From IMG/VR virus record IMGVR_UViG_3300030372_003609, positions 1 through 25,618 of that record: a DNA stretch of 25,618 nt. One strand, written 5' to 3'. Origin of the DNA: a virus. Its lineage: Duplodnaviria > Caudoviricetes. Made by a program: the position numbers and the translations under genes. Each line of letters begins with the position of its first letter. The stretch's first letter is position 1. Shown here piece by piece: positions 9,045-18,100 of the stretch. Under the pieces are notes generated by a model. That model made no database searches and was not told the DNA's origin. It saw nothing but the letters and a program-made list of their open reading frames with translations.

Positions 9045-9049
9045 TGCCC

Positions 9050-10159
9050 CTAAGACAGCGTGTGTCTAGGGGGAGATACTTCGACGATACCGACGCTATT
9101 GCACTGGTCAATAAACTCGTCCTGTAATTTTTTCTTCTCGCCTTTTCCCGCTTTGTCGGAAACGGCTTTTGCAATTTTAGATAACGGCAAGTTAACTTCT
9201 TGAAGGATTTCCTCTTGTGATAATCCAAACTCTTGTGCGATTTTAACCATAGTCTGGTTATCCGTTATTTTTTTCGTGCTCCCCATTTTTTTTAATTTGA
9301 GTGTGGGAAATTCTGCCCCCTCTTTAGCTAATTCAACCGCCCGCTTTTTAAATTTGTCCGCCCAGTTAGATACAATTTTTGATATAACCCAGAGCTGTTC
9401 AATTATTTGTGGGTCTTCCGTGTAATCAAAATCAACATCAGGGAGGCTAGGGTCAATCTTTTTAGCTACGTCCACTACCAGTCCGCCTAGTGCGGGGCAG
9501 ACATCTTCATATCTGCAAAATCTGCAATTAACTGTTGGTGTTAACTCGTCAAGGGAAGGAGTTCCCGCCCCCCATTTTGGGCGAACTCTCTCCGCATTAA
9601 GTATAACATTTGATAAATCATCTACAAGATCTTCAAGGTTCTCTCTTTTAAAACTGTCCGTCAGTATTTCATTCCGCTGTGGAATAAAGAAAACAAAATC
9701 TATTCTTTCTAACTGAGGGAATCTCTGGAAACAGCCAACAGTATATGCCTTAGCTTGATAGTTATCTTTCGGCGAATCAATTTTAGATATTCCTGTTTTG
9801 TAGTCGGCCAGTACTCCAACTTTGTCATAGATGTGTAAAGAGTCACAAGTTCCAAAAGTCGATGTTCCTTTTAACTCGATATCTAAAACGACTTCAGCAA
9901 AGCTTTCGGTTAACTCAAGTTCTGAGTAATTAGTTAAGTACTGTTCCTGATCTGCTACAATTTCCTCATATATAGAAACCTCTTCTTCAGATTGTAAGTT
10001 GCTTGGGTCAAGAATTTCTATTGCTTCGTGTATTCGTGTCCCCATCTCAGCGGCGGCGTTTGTACCTTCCCGCCCGTGATACCCGCTACAGCCCGCACAA
10101 TACTTTAAACTAGATGGTGAAAATTCGGCGTGTCCCCTGTCGGCGTGGTTTACATTCAT
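9050..10159 (-). CDS. Cas4-like / DUF2800-type PD-(D/E)xK exonuclease
   Basis: HAEFSPSSLKYC, GTRIH, GTCD, DYKTG, YQAKAY, CRFCRYEDVCP. Start re-called to ATG 10159 because the track's TTG at 10195 coincides with a -35 box. Confidence 0.85.
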   Translation of the reverse strand: MNVNHADRGHAEFSPSSLKYCAGCSGYHGREGTNAAAEMGTRIHEAIEILDPSNLQSEEEVSIYEEIVADQEQYLTNYSELELTESFAEVVLDIELKGTSTFGTCDSLHIYDKVGVLADYKTGISKIDSPKDNYQAKAYTVGCFQRFPQLERIDFVFFIPQRNEILTDSFKRENLEDLVDDLSNVILNAERVRPKWGAGTPSLDELTPTVNCRFCRYEDVCPALGGLVVDVAKKIDPSLPDVDFDYTEDPQIIEQLWVISKIVSNWADKFKKRAVELAKEGAEFPTLKLKKMGSTKKITDNQTMVKIAQEFGLSQEEILQEVNLPLSKIAKAVSDKAGKGEKKKLQDEFIDQCNSVGIVEVSPPRHTLS

Positions 10160-10195
10160 GGCGGAGATCTTATCATCTCCGTTATTTAAGATCAA
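10160..10195 (-). promoter_or_regulatory. sigma70-like extended -10 promoter (leaderless) with overlapping inverted repeat
   Basis: Minus strand: TTGATC (10195-10190), 17 nt, TG-n-TAAGAT (10172-10167), 7 nt, ATG 10159. CGGAGAT-N6-ATCTCCG palindrome at 10162-10181. Confidence 0.65.
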
Positions 10196-10213
10196 TTAAA
10201 TTTCCAATAATTT

Positions 10214-10726
10214 TTAACCATCCTTCTTTTGATAGAGGTACATAGCGATTAAATAAGCGTCAATCATACCGTCGTGTGGAGTACGGCATCTTTTGTTTTT
10301 CAACCAATTTTCATCGGGAGCTAGTGCCGTGGCGACCTCCAGAGCACGGATTTTAGTTTGCCCTTTTGGTCTATTGCCCAGCATGGCCTTCTGCCACTTA
10401 TGTACTGATACTCTGCTAGTTTCATATTCTCCAGTTTCCGCCATGCCAACAAGCTTCCCAAAACTCAGTGCCATAGACCTCACTGCTTGTGAGCTTTTAG
10501 CGTGGGCTAGAGGTTCCTCTATAGCCAAAGTTGGTCGGGCATTGGTGAAATCATCCAGCTTCTCAATCCAAAACTTTACTCGCAGTGTATCCACTTCTCT
10601 TTTTTTAGATCTGTTCAAAGTAGGCATTGCAGTCTTATCGATAATCTTTCCGTCTCGACCCGATATAGCACACAAGCCTCCGTCTAATCCATTATCTATC
10701 CCGACTATCAATTTACTTTTCCACAA
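10214..10726 (-). CDS. RuvC-like Holliday junction resolvase
   Basis: IVGIDNG...AIEEP...SFG...WQK...DGMIDAYLIA acidic catalytic residues. Exact start uncertain. Confidence 0.85.
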   Translation of the reverse strand: MWKSKLIVGIDNGLDGGLCAISGRDGKIIDKTAMPTLNRSKKREVDTLRVKFWIEKLDDFTNARPTLAIEEPLAHAKSSQAVRSMALSFGKLVGMAETGEYETSRVSVHKWQKAMLGNRPKGQTKIRALEVATALAPDENWLKNKRCRTPHDGMIDAYLIAMYLYQKKDG

Positions 10727-11042
10727 TTCCAGTGTCTAAAAAACACGGAGCAGATGGTCCTAAATTAGAATTTATTAATTGTTCTAGTGCAATCTCAGAA
10801 GCATCTAAGCTTAAACCGTGCTTGTTTTGAAACAGAGACAGAACCGCTTCACTGCTGTAACAGGCCACTGGGGGTCGGTCTGCGTGTTCGACAATTCCTA
10901 AAAGAGCGTCTTCAAGTTGTTTAAAAAAAATAACCTCCCGAAATTTGCCCGCTCCCGATTGTATAGGGGTCTGAGTCCTTTTTGCATACGGGTCCGATGA
11001 GGGGTTGTAATCCCAAGTAAAGTCTTCAAAATTATTTTTCAT
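10713..11042 (-). CDS. Conserved-looking phage hypothetical protein
   Basis: 'LEDALLGIVE...VACYS...GPSAPCFL' pattern. ATG at 11042 overlaps the upstream gene's end (track start 11063). Confidence 0.6.
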   Translation of the reverse strand: MKNNFEDFTWDYNPSSDPYAKRTQTPIQSGAGKFREVIFFKQLEDALLGIVEHADRPPVACYSSEAVLSLFQNKHGLSLDASEIALEQLINSNLGPSAPCFLDTGIVEK

Positions 11043-11535
11043 TGGAGTCAGGCGGAACATCAATCACTTTGCTTTTTGAGATGCGTTTCCCTTTGTGATT
11101 ATTAAGGATGTTTATGTCAATTTGCTGTTTCCCACACCCCTGATCTTTTTCAAGTCCGAGGTTTCTCCTAATCATTTGGTCGAGCATTATTAGTTCTCTT
11201 ATGTTTTTTGCGTACTGTAATCTGCTTAAACTATTTTTATATATCGTCATTGCGGTTGCCGCCGCATAGTTAGCATATTGTTGGGCGGGGTCTCCTTGTG
11301 CCTCTGAAACCTTCTTTATTTTTTCATGCTCATTTTCTATATCTTTTAATTCTGCAAGAGCTTTAGCATTTCTCTTATCTTTAATGTCAACCCCCATCTC
11401 TTTCAACCAGCGATATATAGTAGGTCTAGATCTATTCACCATACCCCCAATTGTTGTTGGCTCGGCTCCACTTGCGTAAAGCTTAACGACTTTTTCTTTA
11501 AGCTCTTGCAGGTCTTCTTTCTGTTTACTACTCAT
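11032..11535 (-). CDS. HTH DNA-binding protein, candidate terminase small subunit
   Basis: N-terminal HTH (EPTTIGGMVNRSRPTIYRWLK), helical middle, C-terminal 'IDINIL' strand. Head-to-head with terL. Confidence 0.55.
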   Translation of the reverse strand: MSSKQKEDLQELKEKVVKLYASGAEPTTIGGMVNRSRPTIYRWLKEMGVDIKDKRNAKALAELKDIENEHEKIKKVSEAQGDPAQQYANYAAATAMTIYKNSLSRLQYAKNIRELIMLDQMIRRNLGLEKDQGCGKQQIDINILNNHKGKRISKSKVIDVPPDSNEK

Positions 11536-11572
11536 AATATAGATATTACTTTAATAATATGCCTTTAAACAA
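11524..11572. promoter_or_regulatory. Overlapping divergent sigma70-like promoters
   Basis: Plus: TTTACT (11524-11529), 17 nt, TACTTT (11547-11552), 6 nt, ATG 11559. Minus: TTGTTT (11572-11567), 18 nt, TAATAT (11548-11543), 7 nt, ATG 11535. Confidence 0.5.
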
Positions 11573-13358
11573 TTCGCCTATCAAGCAGTTACTAGATCCT
11601 AAACTAGAACCAGCCGTTAGTTCAGATGGGAAAGAAATACAAGTAGGGGATTTTTTAATTCCGTTAGGAACCACATTAACGGCATTACTCTTTGGTTTTA
11701 AACAACATGAAGAAACAGATAAAAAAGAGTACTATTTTTGGCGGTTGTGCGACGAGCTTTGGAACAACGACGATCTCCCAGAACCTTTAATGATTAAGCA
11801 TCCTTGGGCGGAGGAAATGATTCGTGCGGCTCTCGAAAACAAATACTTATCTGTTGGGGGTAGTGCGTCTTCTGGCAAGTCACATACAATGGCCGCATGG
11901 GGTATTATAAATTGGTTAAGTCAGCCGAGGGACACTCTTGTTCTGATGACGTCCACCACTCTACGTGAGGCCCGTAAACGTATCTGGGGAAGTGTTATGT
12001 CTTTATTGTCCGTGATTAATGACGCTCCAATCAGGATCCGAGATTCGATTGGAAATGCCGCCTATATAAATGAGAAAGGAAATCTTATAGAGAGAGCAGG
12101 GCTTTCTTTGATATCTGCTGAAAAATCTAAAACTAAAGAAGCGGTTGGTAAATTCATTGGTATTAAACAGAAGCGGGTTATTTTAATTGGGGACGAGCTT
12201 TCTGAATTATCTGAAGCTATCTTGCAAGCGGGGTTAACCAACCTATCCAAAAACCCGTCGTTTCAAATGATAGGGATGAGCAACCCGAACAGCCGCTTTG
12301 ATGCCTTTGGCGTTTGGTCCGAACCCTACAGTGGCTGGGATTCTGTAGATACCAATACCGCAGACAATTGGAAAACAAAATGGGGGGGTTACTATTTACG
12401 GTTGGATGGGGAGCGGTCTCCGAACATTCTGGCGGGCGAAACAATTTACCCGTGGCTACCTACCATTGAGAAGATAACTGAGGATAAGAGTTTGTTAGGT
12501 GTCGAGAGCAGGGGTTATATGAGGATGGTGCGGGCTGTATTTTTTGATAGTGACGAGACAACGGGAATATATACTGAAAACGAAATATCATCGAGTGGTT
12601 CGATGGGGTCCGTGGAGTGGTCTTCAAATCCTATAAAGTTGTGTGGCATTGACCCCGCTTTTACAAATGGGGGAGACCGCACAATTATGTACACCGCTAA
12701 ATGCGGGTATGATCGATCAGGCCATTATGTAATCGAGTTTGGAGATTATTTTCATTTGAATGACGACGCTACAAACAAAGCAGTTCCGAGGACGTATCAA
12801 ATTGTTAGACAGATCAAAGAGAAATGTGAGAAGATGAAAATTCTTCCAGAGAATGTTAGTGTCGATGCCACTGGTGCGGGGGCTCCTTTTTGTGATGTGT
12901 TAGCTGGGGAGTGGTCTAATAAGTTCATGCGTATAAGCTTTGGCGGCAAGGCGAGTGACAAGCGGGTCAGTGCTAATAGCCAGTTAACAGGGGTGGAACT
13001 ATATATGAATCGAGTGTCTGAATTGTGGTTTGTAGGTAAGGAGTTAATGCGTACCCGCCAAATATTCGGAGTTAAATCTGATCTTGCCCAAGAAATAACT
13101 GCACGAAATTATGACATGGTAAAGAGCGGAGGTCTCCGCATGAAGATTGAATCGAAGCCCGAATTCAAGAGTCGATTTGGTAAAAGCCCCGACTTAGCTG
13201 ATGCGGCTTTCTTAGCATTAGATTGTGCTAGACAAAGGTTAGGTTTAGTTGCAGTAGATCCAATTGATGATGACCCTAACGGAATGCCAAGGAAAAGGCA
13301 GTCAATTAAGTCTTTAAGGGGGGCTTTAGAGAATTCAGAGGCTGTCTTGATTGATTGA
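11559..13358 (+). CDS. terL: Terminase large subunit
   Basis: Walker A GSASSGKS, Walker B ILIGDE, coupling motif MSNP, RNase H-like nuclease GIDPA...VDATG...SPDLADA. Confidence 0.92.
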   Translation: MPLNNSPIKQLLDPKLEPAVSSDGKEIQVGDFLIPLGTTLTALLFGFKQHEETDKKEYYFWRLCDELWNNDDLPEPLMIKHPWAEEMIRAALENKYLSVGGSASSGKSHTMAAWGIINWLSQPRDTLVLMTSTTLREARKRIWGSVMSLLSVINDAPIRIRDSIGNAAYINEKGNLIERAGLSLISAEKSKTKEAVGKFIGIKQKRVILIGDELSELSEAILQAGLTNLSKNPSFQMIGMSNPNSRFDAFGVWSEPYSGWDSVDTNTADNWKTKWGGYYLRLDGERSPNILAGETIYPWLPTIEKITEDKSLLGVESRGYMRMVRAVFFDSDETTGIYTENEISSSGSMGSVEWSSNPIKLCGIDPAFTNGGDRTIMYTAKCGYDRSGHYVIEFGDYFHLNDDATNKAVPRTYQIVRQIKEKCEKMKILPENVSVDATGAGAPFCDVLAGEWSNKFMRISFGGKASDKRVSANSQLTGVELYMNRVSELWFVGKELMRTRQIFGVKSDLAQEITARNYDMVKSGGLRMKIESKPEFKSRFGKSPDLADAAFLALDCARQRLGLVAVDPIDDDPNGMPRKRQSIKSLRGALENSEAVLID

Positions 13359-13390
13359 CTTTTGTTAAGTAAAGTCTTATAATTTACGTT
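13355..13390 (+). promoter_or_regulatory. Near-consensus sigma70 promoter, likely leaderless transcript
   Basis: TTGACT (13355-13360), 17 nt, TATAAT (13378-13383), 7 nt, ATG 13391. Confidence 0.75.
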
Positions 13391-14131
13391 ATGGCTATCA
13401 ATACGAACATGGTTGTAAGTTCCGCCGACCAGTCTCCTGAAGAGAAGGAACTTCTTTCTGGATTAGGGACTGCTGGGGCCCCCAAAAAAAAGAACGATCT
13501 GCTTGAAAGGATCCGATTGGCTAAAAAGGGAATAGTCAAAGTTGACCCAACTGACGGAGGTACAGACAAATACGAGACGGACGAAGAGGCCGCTAAAAGT
13601 TTTTTGCAGACGGAAGAAGTGCAACAACAACAACTACCTGAAGCCCGCCGTGCTTTATCAGATCGTCTTGCATCCTCCTTATTGATTAAAGATCCTACGC
13701 AACGGCAAGAGGCCGTATCAGGATTACAAAAAGAGGGGGAAGCGTTAGGCATACTCAAAGATCAGTTTCAAAAAGTAGCGGGTGATTACTCTTCCGCTAT
13801 GGAAAAACAAATAGGCACTCCTCAACGAGAAGAAAGAACTAGATCTTTTTTAGAGGAAATGCGTAACAAAAGTTTAGGCCAAAGAAGGAGAAAAACTTAC
13901 AGCCGTTTTGGTGACTTAAAACTAGCTAGAAAATATAGAAGAGCAGGTTTTGACAAAGCGGCTCAAGCTGTTGCAATGAGAGGAGCTTTAAAGCAACAAG
14001 AAATGCCCGCACCGTCAATAGCTACACCTCAGTTTTTAAAAGCTAAAGAAGATGTTGTTCGGGAGAAAGCTGAAATGCAGACTTTGCAGAAAAGACTTAT
14101 GGAAAGATTACTAGGTCAAATAGACAATTAA
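13391..14131 (+). CDS. Probable internal virion (ejection) protein 1
   Basis: 246 aa, helical, Q/E/K/R-rich. First of three tandem genes of rising size ending in a giant protein, as in podoviral core-protein clusters. Confidence 0.45.
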   Translation: MAINTNMVVSSADQSPEEKELLSGLGTAGAPKKKNDLLERIRLAKKGIVKVDPTDGGTDKYETDEEAAKSFLQTEEVQQQQLPEARRALSDRLASSLLIKDPTQRQEAVSGLQKEGEALGILKDQFQKVAGDYSSAMEKQIGTPQREERTRSFLEEMRNKSLGQRRRKTYSRFGDLKLARKYRRAGFDKAAQAVAMRGALKQQEMPAPSIATPQFLKAKEDVVREKAEMQTLQKRLMERLLGQIDN

Positions 14132-14132
14132 T

Positions 14133-15119
14133 ATGGCTCTCGAAGATTTATATAATCAAGATATAGCACCACTTAAAAATACTTATGGGTTAAGTGGGGA
14201 GGAGGCTTCTTACATTTCCAGTATGAGAAGTGCTGATGTGATGCCTGAAGTAGGTAATGTTATTAAACTACAAGGAGCTATTCAAAGTCAGAAAATGAAT
14301 GAGCTGGCTTTTAAAAGATCTAAGTTCGAGTTTAAAAAAGAAAAAGAAAAAGCCCAAAGGGACGCCGAGTACATCGGCAAAGCGGATAATTTATTCCAGC
14401 AGTTCGACGACATTATTAATAATTCAAAAGATTCTTTTGAAGGTATGCAACAGATGTCTAACTGGGCTATGCAAAATGCAAAACAATTAAGTGAGCACGA
14501 TGTGACTAAGGCAATATACAATGCCGCAATCAATAGATTAAAATCGAAACAAGCTGAAAAAGACTACGGTTTAAAACAGCAGGACCGCTTAGATAGAAAC
14601 ACGGGGCAAGCTTTCAACATTGCTAATTATGGAGACGCTGAGGCAGTAGAGCGCATGATAAATGCTGACGGAGAAATTACTCCTAATGAGGAAGCCGCTC
14701 ATTTATTTGCTCTTCAGCGGGAGCAAGAAAAAAAGGAGGGTAAGGATATATCAAAGGCTCAAGCTGAACATGAATCCCGTGCCAGAAATTATGCCCTCGC
14801 AAAAGAAGCCATTAGTCTGGATGCGGCTCCTCTAGATGCCCAAATAAAAGAATTTAAAGCCATCCTTGAGGAGGCCCCCGTAGAGCCTGACCCTGCTGAT
14901 GATACAAATCAGACATATATAAAAAATTACAGTGGGGTCAAAAGTCAGTTGAGGGCCTTTGGCGGGACGGCTGAGACAGACCCAGAAGATTTTTTGCGGG
15001 GCTTGATTAAGAAGCGTGAAAAACTTAACGAAGAATTGAAAGCCGCCTTTTTAAGATTCTCAAAAAAAATACCTAAACCATCTGCGGGGTCAGGCATTAG
15101 CTCAAAAGACAAACCATAA
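14133..15119 (+). CDS. Probable internal virion (ejection) protein 2
   Basis: 328 aa, helical/coiled-coil, 1 nt after the previous stop. Confidence 0.45.
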   Translation: MALEDLYNQDIAPLKNTYGLSGEEASYISSMRSADVMPEVGNVIKLQGAIQSQKMNELAFKRSKFEFKKEKEKAQRDAEYIGKADNLFQQFDDIINNSKDSFEGMQQMSNWAMQNAKQLSEHDVTKAIYNAAINRLKSKQAEKDYGLKQQDRLDRNTGQAFNIANYGDAEAVERMINADGEITPNEEAAHLFALQREQEKKEGKDISKAQAEHESRARNYALAKEAISLDAAPLDAQIKEFKAILEEAPVEPDPADDTNQTYIKNYSGVKSQLRAFGGTAETDPEDFLRGLIKKREKLNEELKAAFLRFSKKIPKPSAGSGISSKDKP

Positions 15120-15146
15120 TTTAACATCATCTAATATTTTTCTGCC

Positions 15147-18100
15147 ATGCCAGAAGATTCATTATTATCTCAGTTTTTAGCGGAGCCTACTCCAACTACC
15201 GTTGAGGAGGTTCCATACTCCACTTGGTCACAAGAAAATATTTTTGACGACCCCATTGAAAGCTATTCAAAATATATGGATCACATACGGGGGCAGTATG
15301 TTGATGCGGGGGAATATAGTGCCGATGTTGAAAAGGAGATAAATCAAAATTTTTATGGGGAGCTAGTAAAACAAAAGTTAATCGACCCAGATAAGATAGA
15401 GGATTTTTATGAGGTTGATGCGAAGATAAGGAGATTTTCTTTACCTGATTTTGATGATCAGGTTGAAAACCTTTTTAAGGAAGACGGGCTTAGGAATCAG
15501 GAAAGAAAAATTCTTGAGGAAGAGGATAGGGAAATATTTAAAGATTATTTAGCTAAGGTTAATGCACGGGAAGAAGTCCCCGAAGAACAGCAAAAGCTAG
15601 TTAAAGAAACATTTCGTGAAAACAGAAACCAACTTTTAAAACAACAATTTTACAGGAAGGAAATAGATGCCGCTGTCCTTGAAGAGAAGGACGGTAAATT
15701 TACTTTTTTTGGCGGGCGTGTTCCAGACGGGAAATCCTATATGGATGTTTTAAGAGAGTCGGAAGGGGCGGGGGTCAGGATATCTGATTTACCACACCTA
15801 ATAGAAGCTCAAAAAAAACTACCTTCTTTCAAAAATTTATCTAGGGCAGACGCTATGGGGATGTCCGCTTTAGAAGGAGAGATCTCCGCTATTCTTAATA
15901 AAGACGAATCGATTAGAGAAAAATTATTAGGGCTGGCCCGATCTAAAGTAGAAGCTGAGGATGGATTTTGGGATGATGTCAAAGATGTTGGAGTAGGTTT
16001 CTTTGACTTCGCACAATCTTTTGTTTTGGGGGTGGGCAAACCCGTCGCTTCTTTTTTTGGCAAGGATGTTAGTGGTATTGAAGAACTTCAAAAAGGGGCT
16101 AATGCACAAAGAGCTATACGCCATTATTCAAAGTCGGGCGCAAATAGAGATGATGTAGTTGCCGACCTCGCTATTCAAGTCGGGGCTTCTTTAGAAGATG
16201 TTGGAAAAGTTGTGGACCAGATGGCTTTGGATGAAGCGGAGTTCAAATTCTATGAGGATGATCTTAAATTAAACATCAGGCAAGGAGTTTATAAACAACC
16301 CAAAATACATAGTTCTCTATTGCACCAACCAAAACTACTGGACAAAGCTATTACAGAGGCGGGGCTGGATTCTGATGTTGCCGAAAGTTTAAGGGCGTCC
16401 AGAGAAATTTATGCCGTTGAAGATTTTGATAGAGTAAATAAACTTTTGCAAGAGGACGGGGATACCGCAGATGATTGGAATGAATTTTACCTTGAGCATA
16501 AAAAGCAAGGGCTAGATGATCATAAGGTATTAGAAAAGTTTGCCGAGCAGTACGACTTTAATTCTTTTATAGATAAAGCCGAAGGCATTGCCTACTCTCT
16601 TTATTCGGGGACTGTGGGAGCCGCATCAGTTGTCATAGGAGCTATTGCAGGAGCTGATGGTTTAAAGAACTACGGCGTAGAAGTAATCAACAACGAGCAA
16701 AAGCGAAGACAAGTAGGAGGAGTATTCGGAGTCCAATATGGGTCTATGTATGATCTCGCAACTACTGCGGTTCCTATGATCACCGATATGGTGGCTACTG
16801 TATTTTTATCTAAATTCACAGCGGGTGCTGGGGGTGCTATATATGCAGGAGCTAAGGCAAGCTCGGTGTCGGCATTTCGAGGTGTCGTGAAAAATTTTGT
16901 TAAGGGAAATTTAAAGGCAACTGGAGGAGCCACGTATAAAGAGGTTGCTGAAAAACTATTTAAAGACGGGGCAATTAAAAATTTAGATGACGCTTATGGG
17001 ATAGTTAAAAACTACAACTCTAAAATGGCGCATAGAATAGGGGTTGCCCCCGCTGTTTTTGTCCCCGCCGCACATAGATCTGGGGCGCACACATACGCCG
17101 CCGTCAATACTTTAATGACTGAGAAGTTAACAAAAGAGCATAAGAATGCCGATGGTACGTGGCAAGATGGCTGGAGTGAAAAACGGGTTAAAGAAGAAGC
17201 ACATAAAAATGGACTGTCTGGTCTTTTCTTTGCTGGGGGTTTTACTGGATTACTTACCGCAGGATTTGGTTTACTGGGGAATGGGGGTTTTGAAACGGCC
17301 TTTTTAAGGAATGCATCTTTTAGGCAGTTGAAGCGTGTAGGAAAAGATATGTTAAATAGGGAGATTTCTAATGAGGCTTTCGGTAAAGCTATTCACAAAT
17401 CTTTCAAGACGGCGTTGGCAAAGCACGGAGCCGACGGGCTATCTAAAGTTTTTAAAGGTGCTGTGAGTGAGGGTATAGAAGAGAGTATAGATGAATTTGT
17501 TAATTCTATTATTCAGGATGTTATAACGGATGAGAACACTCCGATGATGGAGAGACTAAACCAGTCACTCCATGCTTTTTACTTGGGCGGTATGTTAGGA
17601 GGAGGGGGTGTTGCAATAAACAGAATTGCAAAAACAGTAGCCCCAGACAGATTTTTAGACAAAAAAGCCGCCGCAGATTTTGAAACCGAAATACTGGAGC
17701 AGTACCAGAAAGATGTTCAAGGCAACAAAGAACTCATAGAGGCGGGAGCTCCTAAAACAGCAGAGGCGGCGAGGGAGGTTTTAAGTCGCTACGCCCGTGC
17801 CGAACCTTCTGCGGAAGAGGCGGCGGCTAAGGTAGTGGAGCCTATTGCAGAAGAAGCTTCAGCAGAAGAAACTAAAAGGATTAACAGTGATTTAAAAGAT
17901 GTAGATAGGGAGGACGTAGAAGCCGCTGTTGATGCCGAGCTTGAGCCATCTCAAAAAGCCAACAATCCTGTCGATCCAGAGATAGCTGTTTCTGAAGACG
18001 CCCAAGAAATACTAAAAGAAAATAATGCCGATAGCGGCGAAGCTTTAGGAAAAATTTTAAAACCCCACTACGCCCCATCACCACAGGACGTATCAGATAA

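Noticed and set aside
9050-10159. Cas4-like gene as a sign of a CRISPR-Cas system
   Set aside because: No repeat-spacer array or other cas genes. The context is the usual exonuclease-SSB-PolA replication module.
10193-10195. TTG start at 10195 for the exonuclease
   Set aside because: It is the TTG of a -35 box. ATG 10159 fits the promoter spacing and the first conserved motif.
4912-10739. Plus-strand and alternative-frame ORFs over the replication block (e.g. 5399-5770, 8116-8343, 9010-9228, 10293-10739)
   Set aside because: They overlap well-supported genes and have no recognisable motifs or start context.
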